Notes: a model not told the origin generated them from the letters alone. Positions 1 to 9,390 are shown, counted from the first letter of the stretch. The stretch: DNA of 44,639 bases from Dehalococcoidia bacterium (GCA_036278595.1 DASUKS010000116.1:1-44639), one strand, 5' to 3'. Numbers and translations: made by a program.

Positions 1-168
1 CGCGACATGTACGGGATCGTCTTCGAAGGGCACCCCAACCTGGTGCCGCTGCTCCTGCCCGAAGATATGACCGACCACTTCCCGCTGCGGAAGGACAACC
101 CGCTGCAGGAGATCGACGAGTGGCAGGGCGAGAACCTGCGCCAGGGCGCGGGCGAGGGGGACGAGTAG
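1..168 (+). CDS. nuoC: NADH-quinone oxidoreductase subunit C, C-terminal fragment (5' end lies outside the window)
   Basis: Frame 1 is open from base 1 to TAG 166-168. It reads [41 protein letters not shown], which matches the conserved NuoC/Nqo5 C-terminal motif (GHP..R.L.P.D...HPLRKD). It sits directly upstream of nuoD. Confidence 0.8.
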   Translation, partial: RDMYGIVFEGHPNLVPLLLPEDMTDHFPLRKDNPLQEIDEWQGENLRQGAGEGDE

Positions 169-1292
169 TGGTCGCCGAGCACGAAGCGCCCGAGATCGTC
201 GATATCCCCATCAACATGGGCCCCCAGCACCCGAGCACGCACGGCGTCTTCCGCATGGTGCTCGTCATCACCGGCGAGAAGGTCATCGATGTCACCCCGC
301 ACATCGGCTACATGCACCGCGGCGGTGAGAAGCTCATGGAGGCGATGGACTTCCGCCAGGGCATCGGCTACGCCGACCGCACGGAGTACCTGGCGCAGTT
401 CAGCGCCGAGCTCGGCTACGTCATGGCGGTCGAGCGGCTGATGGACATCGAGGTGCCCGAGCGCGCGGAGTACATCCGCGTCATCCTCACCGAGCTCAAC
501 CGGCTCAGCAGCCATTTCATGTTCATGGGCGCCTTCGGCATCGACTCGGGCCTGTTTGGCACGAGCTTCACCTACGCCTTCCGCGAGCGCGAGTACATCC
601 AGGACCTGTTCGAGGAAGTCTCGGGCGACCGGCTGATGTACGCGTACTTCCGCGTCGGCGGACTCGCGTGGGAGGTCACCGACAATTTCGTCCAGCGCGT
701 CCACGAGGTGCTGAAGACATCGTCGAAGGGCATCCAGGACCTTGACGACCTGATGACGAAGAACGAGATCTTCATGGCGCGCTGCCAGAACATCGGCAAC
801 TTCACCGCCGACCAGGCGATCGCCAACGGCCTCAGCGGCCCGATGCTGCGCGCGTCCGGTGTGCCGTGGGACCTGCGCAAGGACGAGCCGTACAGCATCT
901 ACCCGAAGCTCAGCTTCGAGATCCCCGTCGGCCACTACGGCGACGTCTACGACCGCTACCTCGTGCGGCTCGAGGAGATGCGCCAGTCGGTGAAGATCGT
1001 CGAGCAGGCGCTCGAGCACCTGCCGCCGGAAGGGCCGATCGTCCCGGAGAAGATGCCGCGCCGCCTCCGCACGCCTCCCGGCGAGGTGTACTCGAAGGTC
1101 GAGTCGCCGCGCGGCGAGTGGGGCGTCTACCTGGTGTCTCGCGGCGGCGACAAGCCGTACCGCCTGAAGATGCGCTCACCGTCCTTCTGCAACCTCTCGG
1201 CGCTGCGCGAGATGACGATCGGCCAGTACCTGGCGGATGCGGTGGTGATCCTGGGCTCGATGGACATCGTGCTCTGCGACGTGGACAGGTAG
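168..1292 (+). CDS. nuoD: NADH-quinone oxidoreductase subunit D (49-kDa subunit)
   Basis: Translation contains INMGPQHPSTHGVFRMVL, HIGYMHRG.EK and a C-terminal SMDIVLCDVDR, all hallmark NuoD/Nqo4 motifs. The ORF track opens at GTG 120. In-frame GTG 168 overlaps the nuoC stop (TAGTG) and removes an Arg/Gly-rich read-through of the nuoC 3' end, so 168 is preferred. Confidence 0.93.
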   Translation: MVAEHEAPEIVDIPINMGPQHPSTHGVFRMVLVITGEKVIDVTPHIGYMHRGGEKLMEAMDFRQGIGYADRTEYLAQFSAELGYVMAVERLMDIEVPERAEYIRVILTELNRLSSHFMFMGAFGIDSGLFGTSFTYAFREREYIQDLFEEVSGDRLMYAYFRVGGLAWEVTDNFVQRVHEVLKTSSKGIQDLDDLMTKNEIFMARCQNIGNFTADQAIANGLSGPMLRASGVPWDLRKDEPYSIYPKLSFEIPVGHYGDVYDRYLVRLEEMRQSVKIVEQALEHLPPEGPIVPEKMPRRLRTPPGEVYSKVESPRGEWGVYLVSRGGDKPYRLKMRSPSFCNLSALREMTIGQYLADAVVILGSMDIVLCDVDR

Positions 1293-1301
1293 GAGACGCG
1301 G

Positions 1302-2441
1302 GTGGAGATCCTCTCGGCGCCGCACTTGAACATCGACCAGCCGGCGATCAGCGCCATCATCGCGGTGGTCGTGCTCACGCTCATCATGACGTTCGCGGTG
1401 ATGTTCGCCACCTGGTACGAGCGCAAGGCAGTGGCCCGCATCCAGCAGCGGCTCGGGCCCATGCGCGTCGGGCCCTGGGGGTTGCTGCAGGCCTTTGCCG
1501 ACACGGTGAAGCTCGTCGCGAAGGAAGACCTGCGCCCCGCCACCGCCGACCCCATCGCGTTCGAGATCGCGGTCTTCGCGATCTTCGTGCCCGCCTTCTT
1601 GGCCCTCGTCGCCATCCCGTTCACCGAGGACTGGATCGTCAGCCCCCTGCCGCTGAGCCTGCTCTACCTGCTCGCCGTCTCGGGCCTGTCGTTCATCGGC
1701 TTCCTGATGGCGGGTTGGGGGAGCGACAGCAAGTACGCCCTCCTCGGCGGCATGCGCGCCGCCGCGCAGCTCATCTCGTACGAGATCCCGCTGATCCTCG
1801 CGATGATCGGCATCGTCATGGTGACTGGTTCGCTGAACGTCTCCGACATCATCATCTTCCAGGACAAGGTGCCGCTCATCGTCTGGCAGCCGCTGGGCTT
1901 CGTTATCTTCCTCACCGCCTCGATCGCCGAGCTCGAGCGTCAGCCGTTCGACATCCCGACGGGCGAGTCCGAAGTCGCCGGCGGCGTCTTCATCGAGTAC
2001 AGCGGCATCCGCTGGTCGATGTTCCAGTTGACGTCCTACGTGAACATGTACGTCTTCGCGCTGCTCGGGGCATTCGTCTTCCTCGGCGGCTGGGAGTGGC
2101 CGTTCGGGCGCGATGTCGGCTGGGCCTACCAGCTGCTGCTGACGTTGGTGAAGATGACGGCCTTCATCGTCTTCTATCTTTGGGCCCGCTCGACGTTCCC
2201 CCGCCTCCGCGTCGACCAGCTGATGTCGTATGCGTGGAAGGTTCTCATCCCGTTTGCCCTGCTGCAGATCTTCCTGAACGGTCTGATCATCGTCTATGGT
2301 TTGCCGGACGTGCTGCTGCTCGTCACCTCGGGCGCTGCCACCGTGGCACTCGGCCTGCTGGTCTACCAGCAGGTGCGCGTGGAGCCGCGGCAGCCGCTCG
2401 AGATGGTGAGCAACGCGGTGCCGGCGAGGAGTATGGTCTGA
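1302..2441 (+). CDS. nuoH: NADH-quinone oxidoreductase subunit H
   Basis: GTG start 7 nt after AGGAG (1291-1295). Contains YERKAVARIQQRLGPMRVGPWGLLQAFADTVKLVAKED and multiple TM segments, typical of NuoH/ND1. Confidence 0.95.
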   Translation: MEILSAPHLNIDQPAISAIIAVVVLTLIMTFAVMFATWYERKAVARIQQRLGPMRVGPWGLLQAFADTVKLVAKEDLRPATADPIAFEIAVFAIFVPAFLALVAIPFTEDWIVSPLPLSLLYLLAVSGLSFIGFLMAGWGSDSKYALLGGMRAAAQLISYEIPLILAMIGIVMVTGSLNVSDIIIFQDKVPLIVWQPLGFVIFLTASIAELERQPFDIPTGESEVAGGVFIEYSGIRWSMFQLTSYVNMYVFALLGAFVFLGGWEWPFGRDVGWAYQLLLTLVKMTAFIVFYLWARSTFPRLRVDQLMSYAWKVLIPFALLQIFLNGLIIVYGLPDVLLLVTSGAATVALGLLVYQQVRVEPRQPLEMVSNAVPARSMV

Positions 2442-2905
2442 TGCTGGGCATCTTCAAGAGCCTCGGGATGACGGCGCGCGCTGCCTTCCGCAAGCCGGTC
2501 ACGATCGAGTACCCGGACACGCACCGCGAGATCGCGAACCGTGACCGTGCGTTCCCCATCCTCATCTGGGACGAAGAGCACGACGAACCGTTTTGCACCG
2601 GCTGTCACGCGTGCGAGCGCGCCTGTCCCGTCGAGTGCATGACGGTCGTCATGATGGACAACCCGAAGCACGCGTCCGGCGAAAGCAAGCGCCGCAAGAT
2701 CATCGATGAGTTCTGGATCGACTACGGGCGCTGCATGCGCTGCAACATCTGCGTCGAGGTCTGCAACTTCGAGGCGATCGGGATGAACAACACCTGGGCC
2801 GGTCACGAGTTGTCCCGCTACGACCGCAACGAGCTCGTGATGGACCTGGACATGCTGCTTTCGCAATCGAAGAAGAAGTTGGTGGAGCCGGGCCTGAGGG
2901 CATGA
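2441..2905 (+). CDS. nuoI: NADH-quinone oxidoreductase subunit I (2x[4Fe-4S] ferredoxin-type)
   Basis: ATG 2441 overlaps the nuoH stop (TGATG). Two CxxCxxCxxxCP-type motifs are present: CTGCHACERACP and CMRCNICVEVCN. Only the last 154 aa of ORF 866..2905 are used. Confidence 0.93.
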   Translation: MLGIFKSLGMTARAAFRKPVTIEYPDTHREIANRDRAFPILIWDEEHDEPFCTGCHACERACPVECMTVVMMDNPKHASGESKRRKIIDEFWIDYGRCMRCNICVEVCNFEAIGMNNTWAGHELSRYDRNELVMDLDMLLSQSKKKLVEPGLRA

Positions 2906-3399
2906 CACAAGGGTTCTTCGACCTGATGGCCGCAGTCGTCATCGTGGGTGCGCTCGGGGTAGTCCTCGTCCGCAGCGCGGTGTATGCGGCCCTCTTTCTC
3001 ATCGCGTCGCTAATGGGCGTCGCCGGGATCTACGTCCTGCTCTCGGTCGAGTTCCTGACGCTCGTGCAGATCCTGATCTATGGCGGCGCTGTCACCGTTC
3101 TGGTGCTCTTCGCGCTGATGCTGACGCGCGTGCGCGACCTGCGCGAGCGCGCGGCCGACCCGCCGCAGATGGCGGGCGCCGTGCTCGGCACGCTGGGTCT
3201 GCTCGCCGGGTTCGTAACCGTCATGTACGAGACGACCTGGCCGCGCGATAACGGCACCATCACGCCGATCGCGTTCAACGACATCGGGCAGGCGTTGTTC
3301 AACCGCTGGGCGGTGCCGTTCGAGATCGCGTCGGGCGTCCTGCTCGTCGCGCTCGTCGGCGCCATCGTCATCGCCATGCACGAAGAGGGGGAGCCGTAG
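2902..3399 (+). CDS. nuoJ: NADH-quinone oxidoreductase subunit J
   Basis: ATGA overlap with nuoI. 165 aa, five hydrophobic segments, operon position between nuoI and nuoK. Confidence 0.88.
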   Translation: MTQGFFDLMAAVVIVGALGVVLVRSAVYAALFLIASLMGVAGIYVLLSVEFLTLVQILIYGGAVTVLVLFALMLTRVRDLRERAADPPQMAGAVLGTLGLLAGFVTVMYETTWPRDNGTITPIAFNDIGQALFNRWAVPFEIASGVLLVALVGAIVIAMHEEGEP

Positions 3400-3726
3400 G
3401 TGCAGTCCGTCGCGCAGGGAGTGCCGCTCGAGCACTTCGTCATGCTCAGCATGGTGCTGTTCTCCATCGGCGTGTTCGGCGTGCTGTCGCGCCGCAACGC
3501 CGTGCTGGTGCTCATGTCCGTCGAGCTGATGCTGAACGCCGTGAGCATCAACCTGGTGGCCTTCGCGGTGTACACGTCGCCGTCGCTCTTCGTCGGCGTC
3601 ATCTTCGCCATCTTCGTCATCACCATCGCGGCGGCGGAAGTCGGCCTGGCGCTCGCGGTCATCCTTCGCGTGTTCCGCAATCGCGGCACCGCAAACATCG
3701 ACGAGATCGACAGCCTGAAGTGGTAA
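3400..3726 (+). CDS. nuoK: NADH-quinone oxidoreductase subunit K
   Basis: GTG immediately follows the nuoJ stop. 108 aa, three TM segments, contains SVELMLNAVSINLVAF typical of NuoK/ND4L. Confidence 0.9.
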   Translation: MQSVAQGVPLEHFVMLSMVLFSIGVFGVLSRRNAVLVLMSVELMLNAVSINLVAFAVYTSPSLFVGVIFAIFVITIAAAEVGLALAVILRVFRNRGTANIDEIDSLKW

Positions 3727-3763
3727 GCGGTAGCAGCGGGAGGGTACTGCCATCAGCTTTGGG

Positions 3764-5680
3764 ATGACTGACGCATGGGTGCTGCCCGTGTTGCCGGCCG
3801 CGGCCTTCGTCGCGCTGCTGCTCTTCAGCACCTGGCTGCCGCGGAAGGGCGACTGGCTCGCGATCCTCGCGATGGCGGCGTCGTTCGCGCTCGTCTTCCC
3901 GATCGGCAAGGACGTCGCCGACAGCATCGGCTCGTCGGCCGGCTTTCAGGCCGGGACGCGCAGCTGGGAGTGGGCCCACGTCGAAGCGGCGGGCCACACC
4001 TACCTCGACATCCGCATCGGCACCTATGTCGATCAGATCACGCTGGTCATGCTGTTCGTCGTCACGCTCGTCGCTCTGCTCGTCATGATCTACTCGACGG
4101 GCTACATGCGCGGCGACCGCCGCTACGGCTGGTTCTACGCCATCGTTTCGCTCTTCGTCGCGTCCATGCTGACGCTCGTCCTCGCCGACAACCTGCTGAT
4201 GCTCTACTTCGCCTGGGAACTCGTCGGCCTCTGTTCGATGCTGCTCATCGGCTACTACAACGACCGCCAGTCGGCCGCCGAGGCGTCGAAGAAGGCGTTT
4301 GTCACCACGCGCGTCGGCGACGTCGGCCTGCTCATCGGCATCATCATCCTGTTCACGCAGACGCACACCTTCAACATCCAGCAGATCCTGCACATGGCCG
4401 AGGCCGGCGAGATCTCGAAGAACTGGCTCACCGCCGCCGCCGTGCTGATCTTCGCCGGCGCCTGCGGTAAGTCGGCGCAATTCCCCCTGCATGTCTGGCT
4501 GCCTGACGCGATGGAGGGCCCGACACCCGTCTCGGCGCTCATCCACGCCGCCACGATGGTCGTCGCCGGCGTCTATCTCGTCGCCCGCATGCTGCCCCTC
4601 ATGGAAGTCGTCCGCGGCATGCCGGAGCTGATTACGGCGCTCGCCCTCACGACCGTCATCCTCTCGGCGCTCATCGGCCTCGCGCAGCGCGACATCAAGC
4701 GCGTCGTCGCCTACTCGACCCTGAACAGCCTCGGGCTGATGTTCGTCGCGCTCGGTTCCGGCGCCGTCGGCGCGGCGATGCTGTACCTGTTCGTGCACGC
4801 GTTCTTCAAGGCGCTCCTCTTCCTCACCTGCGGCTCGGTGATCCACGCGACCGAGGAGCAGGAGGTCGACAAGCTCGGTGGCCTCTGGGACAAGCTGCCC
4901 ATCACCGCGCCGGCGTTCATCGTCGGCGCGCTGGCGATGGCGGGCATGATCCCGTTCTCCGGCTTCTGGGCGAAGGACGAGATTCTCGTCGGCCTGCACA
5001 ACGGCAACATGACCTACATCGCCCTCATCACGACGCTGATCAGCCTGCCGATCACCGCCATCTACATGATGCGCGTCGTGATGCTCACGTTCTTCGGCAC
5101 CGTGAAGGACGAGCACGTCCACGAGCACGCGCACGAATCCGAGCCCGTGATGAGCTGGCCGCTCATCCTGCTCTCGGTGCTCGCGGTCGTTGCCGGCTTC
5201 GTCGTGTTCGAGGGCGTCGGCAAAGCGCTCGGCTTCCACAGCGGCTGGCTCGGCTTCATCTACAACCTGGGCGAGGGGCCCGAGAAGTACGCGACGAACT
5301 GGGGCCTGGCGACCGCGTCCGTGGTGCTCGTCGTGCTCGGCCTGCTCTTCGGCATGTGGATGTGGCGCGGCGAGGCGGAGCCATCGAAGCAGGCCGGCGC
5401 CTTCTCCCCGCTCACCTACAAGCTCTTCCTCAACCGCTTCTACATCGATGAGGTCTACCAGTTCGCGATCGACAAGATCGTGCTCGCCGCAGGACGCGTG
5501 ATCGCCGTCTTCGACCGGACGGTCGTCAACGACACGGGAGTGAACGGCACCGGCGACGCCACATGGGGTCTCGGGTGGACCGCGAAGTTCCAGGAGACGG
5601 GCAAGATCCCGAACTACGCGTTCGCGATCGTGGCGGGGATCGTGATCATCGTCGCGATCGCATTCGGATACAGGGCGTAG
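3764..5680 (+). CDS. nuoL: NADH-quinone oxidoreductase subunit L
   Basis: 638 aa antiporter-like subunit with GKSAQFPLHVWLPDAMEGPTPVSALIHAATMV and a long C-terminal extension (lateral helix region). Confidence 0.95.
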   Translation: MTDAWVLPVLPAAAFVALLLFSTWLPRKGDWLAILAMAASFALVFPIGKDVADSIGSSAGFQAGTRSWEWAHVEAAGHTYLDIRIGTYVDQITLVMLFVVTLVALLVMIYSTGYMRGDRRYGWFYAIVSLFVASMLTLVLADNLLMLYFAWELVGLCSMLLIGYYNDRQSAAEASKKAFVTTRVGDVGLLIGIIILFTQTHTFNIQQILHMAEAGEISKNWLTAAAVLIFAGACGKSAQFPLHVWLPDAMEGPTPVSALIHAATMVVAGVYLVARMLPLMEVVRGMPELITALALTTVILSALIGLAQRDIKRVVAYSTLNSLGLMFVALGSGAVGAAMLYLFVHAFFKALLFLTCGSVIHATEEQEVDKLGGLWDKLPITAPAFIVGALAMAGMIPFSGFWAKDEILVGLHNGNMTYIALITTLISLPITAIYMMRVVMLTFFGTVKDEHVHEHAHESEPVMSWPLILLSVLAVVAGFVVFEGVGKALGFHSGWLGFIYNLGEGPEKYATNWGLATASVVLVVLGLLFGMWMWRGEAEPSKQAGAFSPLTYKLFLNRFYIDEVYQFAIDKIVLAAGRVIAVFDRTVVNDTGVNGTGDATWGLGWTAKFQETGKIPNYAFAIVAGIVIIVAIAFGYRA

Positions 5681-5687
5681 GAGAGAG

Positions 5688-7193
5688 ATGCATTCCGGTT
5701 ACTGGCTGATCGCATCCGTCGGGATCCCGCTCGTCGCCGCGCTCGTGCTGCTCGCCGTGCCGGACGAGCGCCATGACATCGTACGCATCTTCAGCGTCGG
5801 CGTCGGCGCCGTGCTGTTCGCGATCTCCGTCTTCGTCTTCTTCGCCTACGAATTGAACCGCGGCGGCCAGTACGAGTTCTTCATCCGCTGGGACTGGCTC
5901 CAGAATATCGCCTTCCTCGGCCCCCACGGCATCTCGCTCGCCTTCGGCATCGACGGTATCGCCGCGCCGATGGTGCTGCTCACGGGGATCGTCGCCTTTG
6001 GCGGCGTACTGATCTCGTGGAAGATCGAGCACCATAACAAGGACTTCTTCATCCTCTTCTGGGTGCTCGTCGCCGGCGTCTACGGGACGTTCGAAGCGCT
6101 CGACCTCTTCTTTTTCTTCTTCTTCTACGAGGTCGCGGTGCTGCCGATGTACCTCCTGATCGCCGTCTGGGGCTCCAGCAGCGTATTCCCGACGTTCTCG
6201 CGCACCAAGGAATACAGCGCGATGAAGCTGACGATCATGCTGGTCGCAGCTTCCATCCTGATCTTCCTCGGCATCTTCGCCGTCTTCAAGGAAGCCGGCC
6301 AGGGCACCTTCGACCTGCAGACGCTCTACGCCTACCACTTCGACCCGCGGTTCCAGAAGATCGTCTTCCCGCTGTTCGTCATCGGCTGCGGCGTGCTCGC
6401 CGGACTCTGGCCCTTCCATACCTGGTCGCCGGACGGCCACGTATCGGCTCCGACCGCTGTGTCAATGCTGCACGCCGGCGTGCTGATGAAGCTCGGCGCC
6501 TTCGGCATCATCCGGCTGGGCATCCAGCTCCTCCCGGCCGGCGCGAGCTTCTGGATGCCGGGCCTCATGGTGCTCGCGACGATCAACGTCGTCTACGGCG
6601 CCTTCGCGGCGACGGCGCAGCGCGATTTCAAGTACATGATCGGGTATTCGTCCGTGAGTCACATGGGCCTCGTGCTCATGGGCCTCGCGACGATGAGCGT
6701 GATCGGAATCCAGGGCGCCGTCCTGCAGATGTTCTCGCACGGCGTCATGACGGCCACCTTCTTCGCCATGGTCGGATCCGTCTACGACCAGGCGCACACC
6801 CGCGACATGACCCTGTTCGGCGGGCTCGTGCACAAGATGCCGCTCTTCGTGTTCTTCTTCGGCATCGCCGGCCTCGCCTCGCTCGGGCTGCCCGGGCTCT
6901 CCGGCTTCATCGCCGAATTCAACGTGTTCGTCGGCACGTTCCAGACGTACCCGTGGGCGGCGGCGCTCGGCATCTTCGCCGCGATGGTGACGGCCATCTA
7001 CATCCTGCGGATGATGGCGCTCGCGCTCTTCGGCCCGCTCAACGAGCGCTGGTCCGGCCTGAACGAGATGACGATCCTCGAGCGAGGCACCGCCTCGCTC
7101 ATGCTGGTGTTCATCCTGTTCATGGGTCTCTGGCCGGCGCCCTTCATCGACCGGATCAGCGAAACCGTGCTGCGGCTGCCGGGAGTGTCCTAG
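5688..7193 (+). CDS. nuoM: NADH-quinone oxidoreductase subunit M
   Basis: 501 aa with FFFFFFYEVAVLPMY and HTWSPDGHVSAPTAVSMLHAGVLMKLG, typical of NuoM/ND4. Confidence 0.95.
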   Translation: MHSGYWLIASVGIPLVAALVLLAVPDERHDIVRIFSVGVGAVLFAISVFVFFAYELNRGGQYEFFIRWDWLQNIAFLGPHGISLAFGIDGIAAPMVLLTGIVAFGGVLISWKIEHHNKDFFILFWVLVAGVYGTFEALDLFFFFFFYEVAVLPMYLLIAVWGSSSVFPTFSRTKEYSAMKLTIMLVAASILIFLGIFAVFKEAGQGTFDLQTLYAYHFDPRFQKIVFPLFVIGCGVLAGLWPFHTWSPDGHVSAPTAVSMLHAGVLMKLGAFGIIRLGIQLLPAGASFWMPGLMVLATINVVYGAFAATAQRDFKYMIGYSSVSHMGLVLMGLATMSVIGIQGAVLQMFSHGVMTATFFAMVGSVYDQAHTRDMTLFGGLVHKMPLFVFFFGIAGLASLGLPGLSGFIAEFNVFVGTFQTYPWAAALGIFAAMVTAIYILRMMALALFGPLNERWSGLNEMTILERGTASLMLVFILFMGLWPAPFIDRISETVLRLPGVS

Positions 7194-7194
7194 C

Positions 7195-8634
7195 GTGAAT
7201 TTCGACTACACCCTGTTCATCCCGGAGTACCTGCTCGCCGCCCTCGCGGCCTCGATCGTCGCGCTCGACCTCTTCGTGCCGAACTTCCGCAAGTCCTGGC
7301 TGTCGTACATCGCGGCGGCGGGACTGGCCGTCATCGCCGGCGTCTCGCTCGCCTGGGTCAACAAGCAGACCAACTTCGCCGGCATCATCGCCATCGACAA
7401 CTACACGACGTACTTCCGCGTGTTCTTCATCGGCATCGCGGCGGTGATCTGCCTGGCGTCTGGCCGCCTTGTCGAGGATCAGCTCCAGCACCCGGGCGAG
7501 TACTACGGCTTCATCATCATCTCGACCATCGGCGCCATCGGCATGGCCGCCGCGCGCGAGCTGATGACCGCGTACCTCTCGCTGGAGCTCCTCAGCTTCA
7601 GCCTGTACATCCTCGTCTCATTCGCGAAGTTCGATTCGCGCTCGAACGAGGCCGGCCTGAAGTACCTGCTCCTCGGCGCGTTCTCGTCCGCGATGTTCCT
7701 CTACGGCCTCAGCCTCATCTACGGCCTCGCCGGCTCGACGTACTACAGCGACATCTCGGCGTTCCTCTCCAACGGCACGTCGAACTTCAGCTTCGCGCTG
7801 CTCATGGCGCTCGTGCTCATCATCGCCGGCCTCGGCTTCAAGGTCGCCGCCGTCCCCTTCCACATGTGGACGCCCGACGCCTACGAGGGCGCGCCGATGG
7901 CGATCACCGCCTACCTCTCGACGACCTCGAAGGCCGCCGGCTTCGCGCTCCTGCTGCGCCTCTTCGGCGGCGCGTTCCAGGTCGTGCAGCACGACTGGAG
8001 CTGGATGATCGCCGGCCTCGCCGCCGCGTCGATGATCCTCGGCAACCTCGTCGCCCTGCAGCAGCACAACATCAAGCGCCTGATGGCGTACTCGTCGATC
8101 GGTCAGATCGGCTACCTGCTGATGGGCGTCGCCGGCCTCTCGCACGACACCGCGTCCGCGGTGGTACTGCACCTCACCGGCTACATGGTCACGAACCTCG
8201 CGCTCTTCGTCGTCATCATCGCCTGGTACAACATGACTGGTTCGGAGGAGATCGCGGATTTTCGCGGCATGCGCGAACGGGCGCCGCTGCTCGCGGGTGC
8301 GCTTGCCGGCGCGCTGTTCTCGCTCGCCGGCCTGCCGCTGTTCGCCGGCTTCGTCACGAAGTTCATCCTCTTCCAGGCCGCGACCGATCAGGGCTACTAC
8401 TGGCTCGCCGCGATCGGCGTCGTCACCAGCGTCATCTCGCTCTACTACTACCTGCAGGTGATGCGCGAGGCGTTCGTCAGCAAGCCGGAGGAGGGCCAGG
8501 AGTTCCGCCTGCAGATCCCGTACGTCATGCAGGGCCTCACGGTCGCGCTGATGGCCGGCGTCTTCTATGTCGGCCTCTACCCCGCGCAGCTCTTCTCCGC
8601 CGTAGACAACGCCACCCGCTTCCTCTTCGTCTGA
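7195..8634 (+). CDS. nuoN: NADH-quinone oxidoreductase subunit N
   Basis: GTG start 1 nt after the nuoM stop. 479 aa with PFHMWTPDAYEGAPMAITAYLSTTSKAAGF, typical of NuoN/ND2. Confidence 0.94.
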   Translation: MNFDYTLFIPEYLLAALAASIVALDLFVPNFRKSWLSYIAAAGLAVIAGVSLAWVNKQTNFAGIIAIDNYTTYFRVFFIGIAAVICLASGRLVEDQLQHPGEYYGFIIISTIGAIGMAAARELMTAYLSLELLSFSLYILVSFAKFDSRSNEAGLKYLLLGAFSSAMFLYGLSLIYGLAGSTYYSDISAFLSNGTSNFSFALLMALVLIIAGLGFKVAAVPFHMWTPDAYEGAPMAITAYLSTTSKAAGFALLLRLFGGAFQVVQHDWSWMIAGLAAASMILGNLVALQQHNIKRLMAYSSIGQIGYLLMGVAGLSHDTASAVVLHLTGYMVTNLALFVVIIAWYNMTGSEEIADFRGMRERAPLLAGALAGALFSLAGLPLFAGFVTKFILFQAATDQGYYWLAAIGVVTSVISLYYYLQVMREAFVSKPEEGQEFRLQIPYVMQGLTVALMAGVFYVGLYPAQLFSAVDNATRFLFV

Positions 8635-8646
8635 CCATCTGACGAT

Positions 8647-8887
8647 CCACAGATGACCGCAGATGATTACAGATAGGGTGCCGTGGCGGCTCTCGTCTTG
8701 ACCGCGAGACGCTGTCATCCTGAGCGAAGCGAAGGATCCCTCCGGCCGGCCCGTTCTGCCTTCGCTCGGCGCACGCCCAACGCCAGTGAACGCACCACAA
8801 TCCGCGCCGTATCGAGCGACGCCGAATCGTTCGAGCTCAGCACTGATCGCCGTTACGCACCATTTGTGTCGTCTGTGACATCTGTGG
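8647..8887. repeat. MITE-like intergenic element with imperfect terminal inverted repeats made of CAGATG-type oligomers
   Basis: The left end is CCACAGATGaccGCAGATGattaCAGATag (8647-8676). The right end is its imperfect reverse complement, tcGTCTGTGaCATCTGTGG (8869-8887). The interior carries GTCATCCTGAGCGAAGCGAAGGATCC (8714-8739). It fills almost the whole nuoN-GNAT spacer. Confidence 0.45.
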
Positions 8888-8901
8888 TTAATGGTTAACC
8901 C

Positions 8902-9390
8902 ATGATCAGGCCCGCGACCGAAGCCGACATCCCCGTGATCGCCAACCTCATTCGTGCGCTCGCCGAATACGAACGGCTCGCCGTCGAGGTCGTGCTCGAC
9001 GAAGCGCGCCTGCGCGAGCACCTCTTCGGCGAACGACGCTACGCCGAGGTGCTGCTCGCCGAGGACGCCGGCGATGTCGCCGGCTTCGCGCTCTTCTTCC
9101 ACAACTACTCGACCTTCCTCACGAAGCCCGGCATCTGGCTCGAAGACCTGTTCGTCCGCCCGGCGCATCGCGGCCGGGGCCACGGCCGCGCGCTGCTCGC
9201 CGCCCTCGCGCGCATCGCCGTCGAGCGCGGCTGCGGCCGCCTCGAGTGGGCCGTCCTCGACTGGAACGAACCCTCGATCGCCTTCTACCGCGCCCTCGGC
9301 GCCACCCCGATGGCCGACTGGACGACGTATCGCGTCACCGGCGAAGCCCTGCACACGCTAGGCCGCGAAACGGAGACGGCTGACAGATGA
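8902..9390 (+). CDS. GNAT-family N-acetyltransferase (diamine/SSAT-like)
   Basis: 162 aa with the acetyl-CoA binding region LEDLFVRPAHRGRGHGRALLAALA and a C-terminal WAVLDWNEPSIAFYRALGA, as in bacterial spermidine/spermine-type GNATs. Confidence 0.85.
   Translation: MIRPATEADIPVIANLIRALAEYERLAVEVVLDEARLREHLFGERRYAEVLLAEDAGDVAGFALFFHNYSTFLTKPGIWLEDLFVRPAHRGRGHGRALLAALARIAVERGCGRLEWAVLDWNEPSIAFYRALGATPMADWTTYRVTGEALHTLGRETETADR

Noticed and set aside
120-167. GTG 120 as the nuoD start
   Set aside because: It would overlap nuoC by 49 nt and add an Arg/Gly-rich peptide, which is the out-of-frame reading of the nuoC 3' end. GTG 168 gives the usual stop/start overlap. Not excluded, but less likely.
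866-2440. N-terminal 525 aa of the 679-aa ORF 866..2905
   Set aside because: This is an Arg/Pro/Ala-rich low-complexity translation lying out of frame over the well-supported nuoD and nuoH genes. Only the segment from ATG 2441 (nuoI) carries real motifs. It is a typical high-GC shadow frame.
3659-5239. 526-aa minus-strand ORF antisense to nuoL, and similar long antisense ORFs (3010..3927, 5646..6440, 7618..9354, 17316..18986, 20225..21871, 25261..26454, 26873..28159, 28471..29769, 39947..41044)
   Set aside because: All lie opposite genes with unambiguous family motifs. They translate to Arg/Asp/His/Glu-rich low-complexity sequence without motifs. Long stop-free antisense frames are expected at this GC content.
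8683-8898. 71-aa ORF (HPERSEGS-containing) in the nuoN-GNAT spacer as a gene
   Set aside because: It lies entirely within the repeat-bounded insert, lacks an SD and has poor codon bias. The peptide is the read-through of the GTCATCCTGAGCGAAGCGAAGGATC repeat core.
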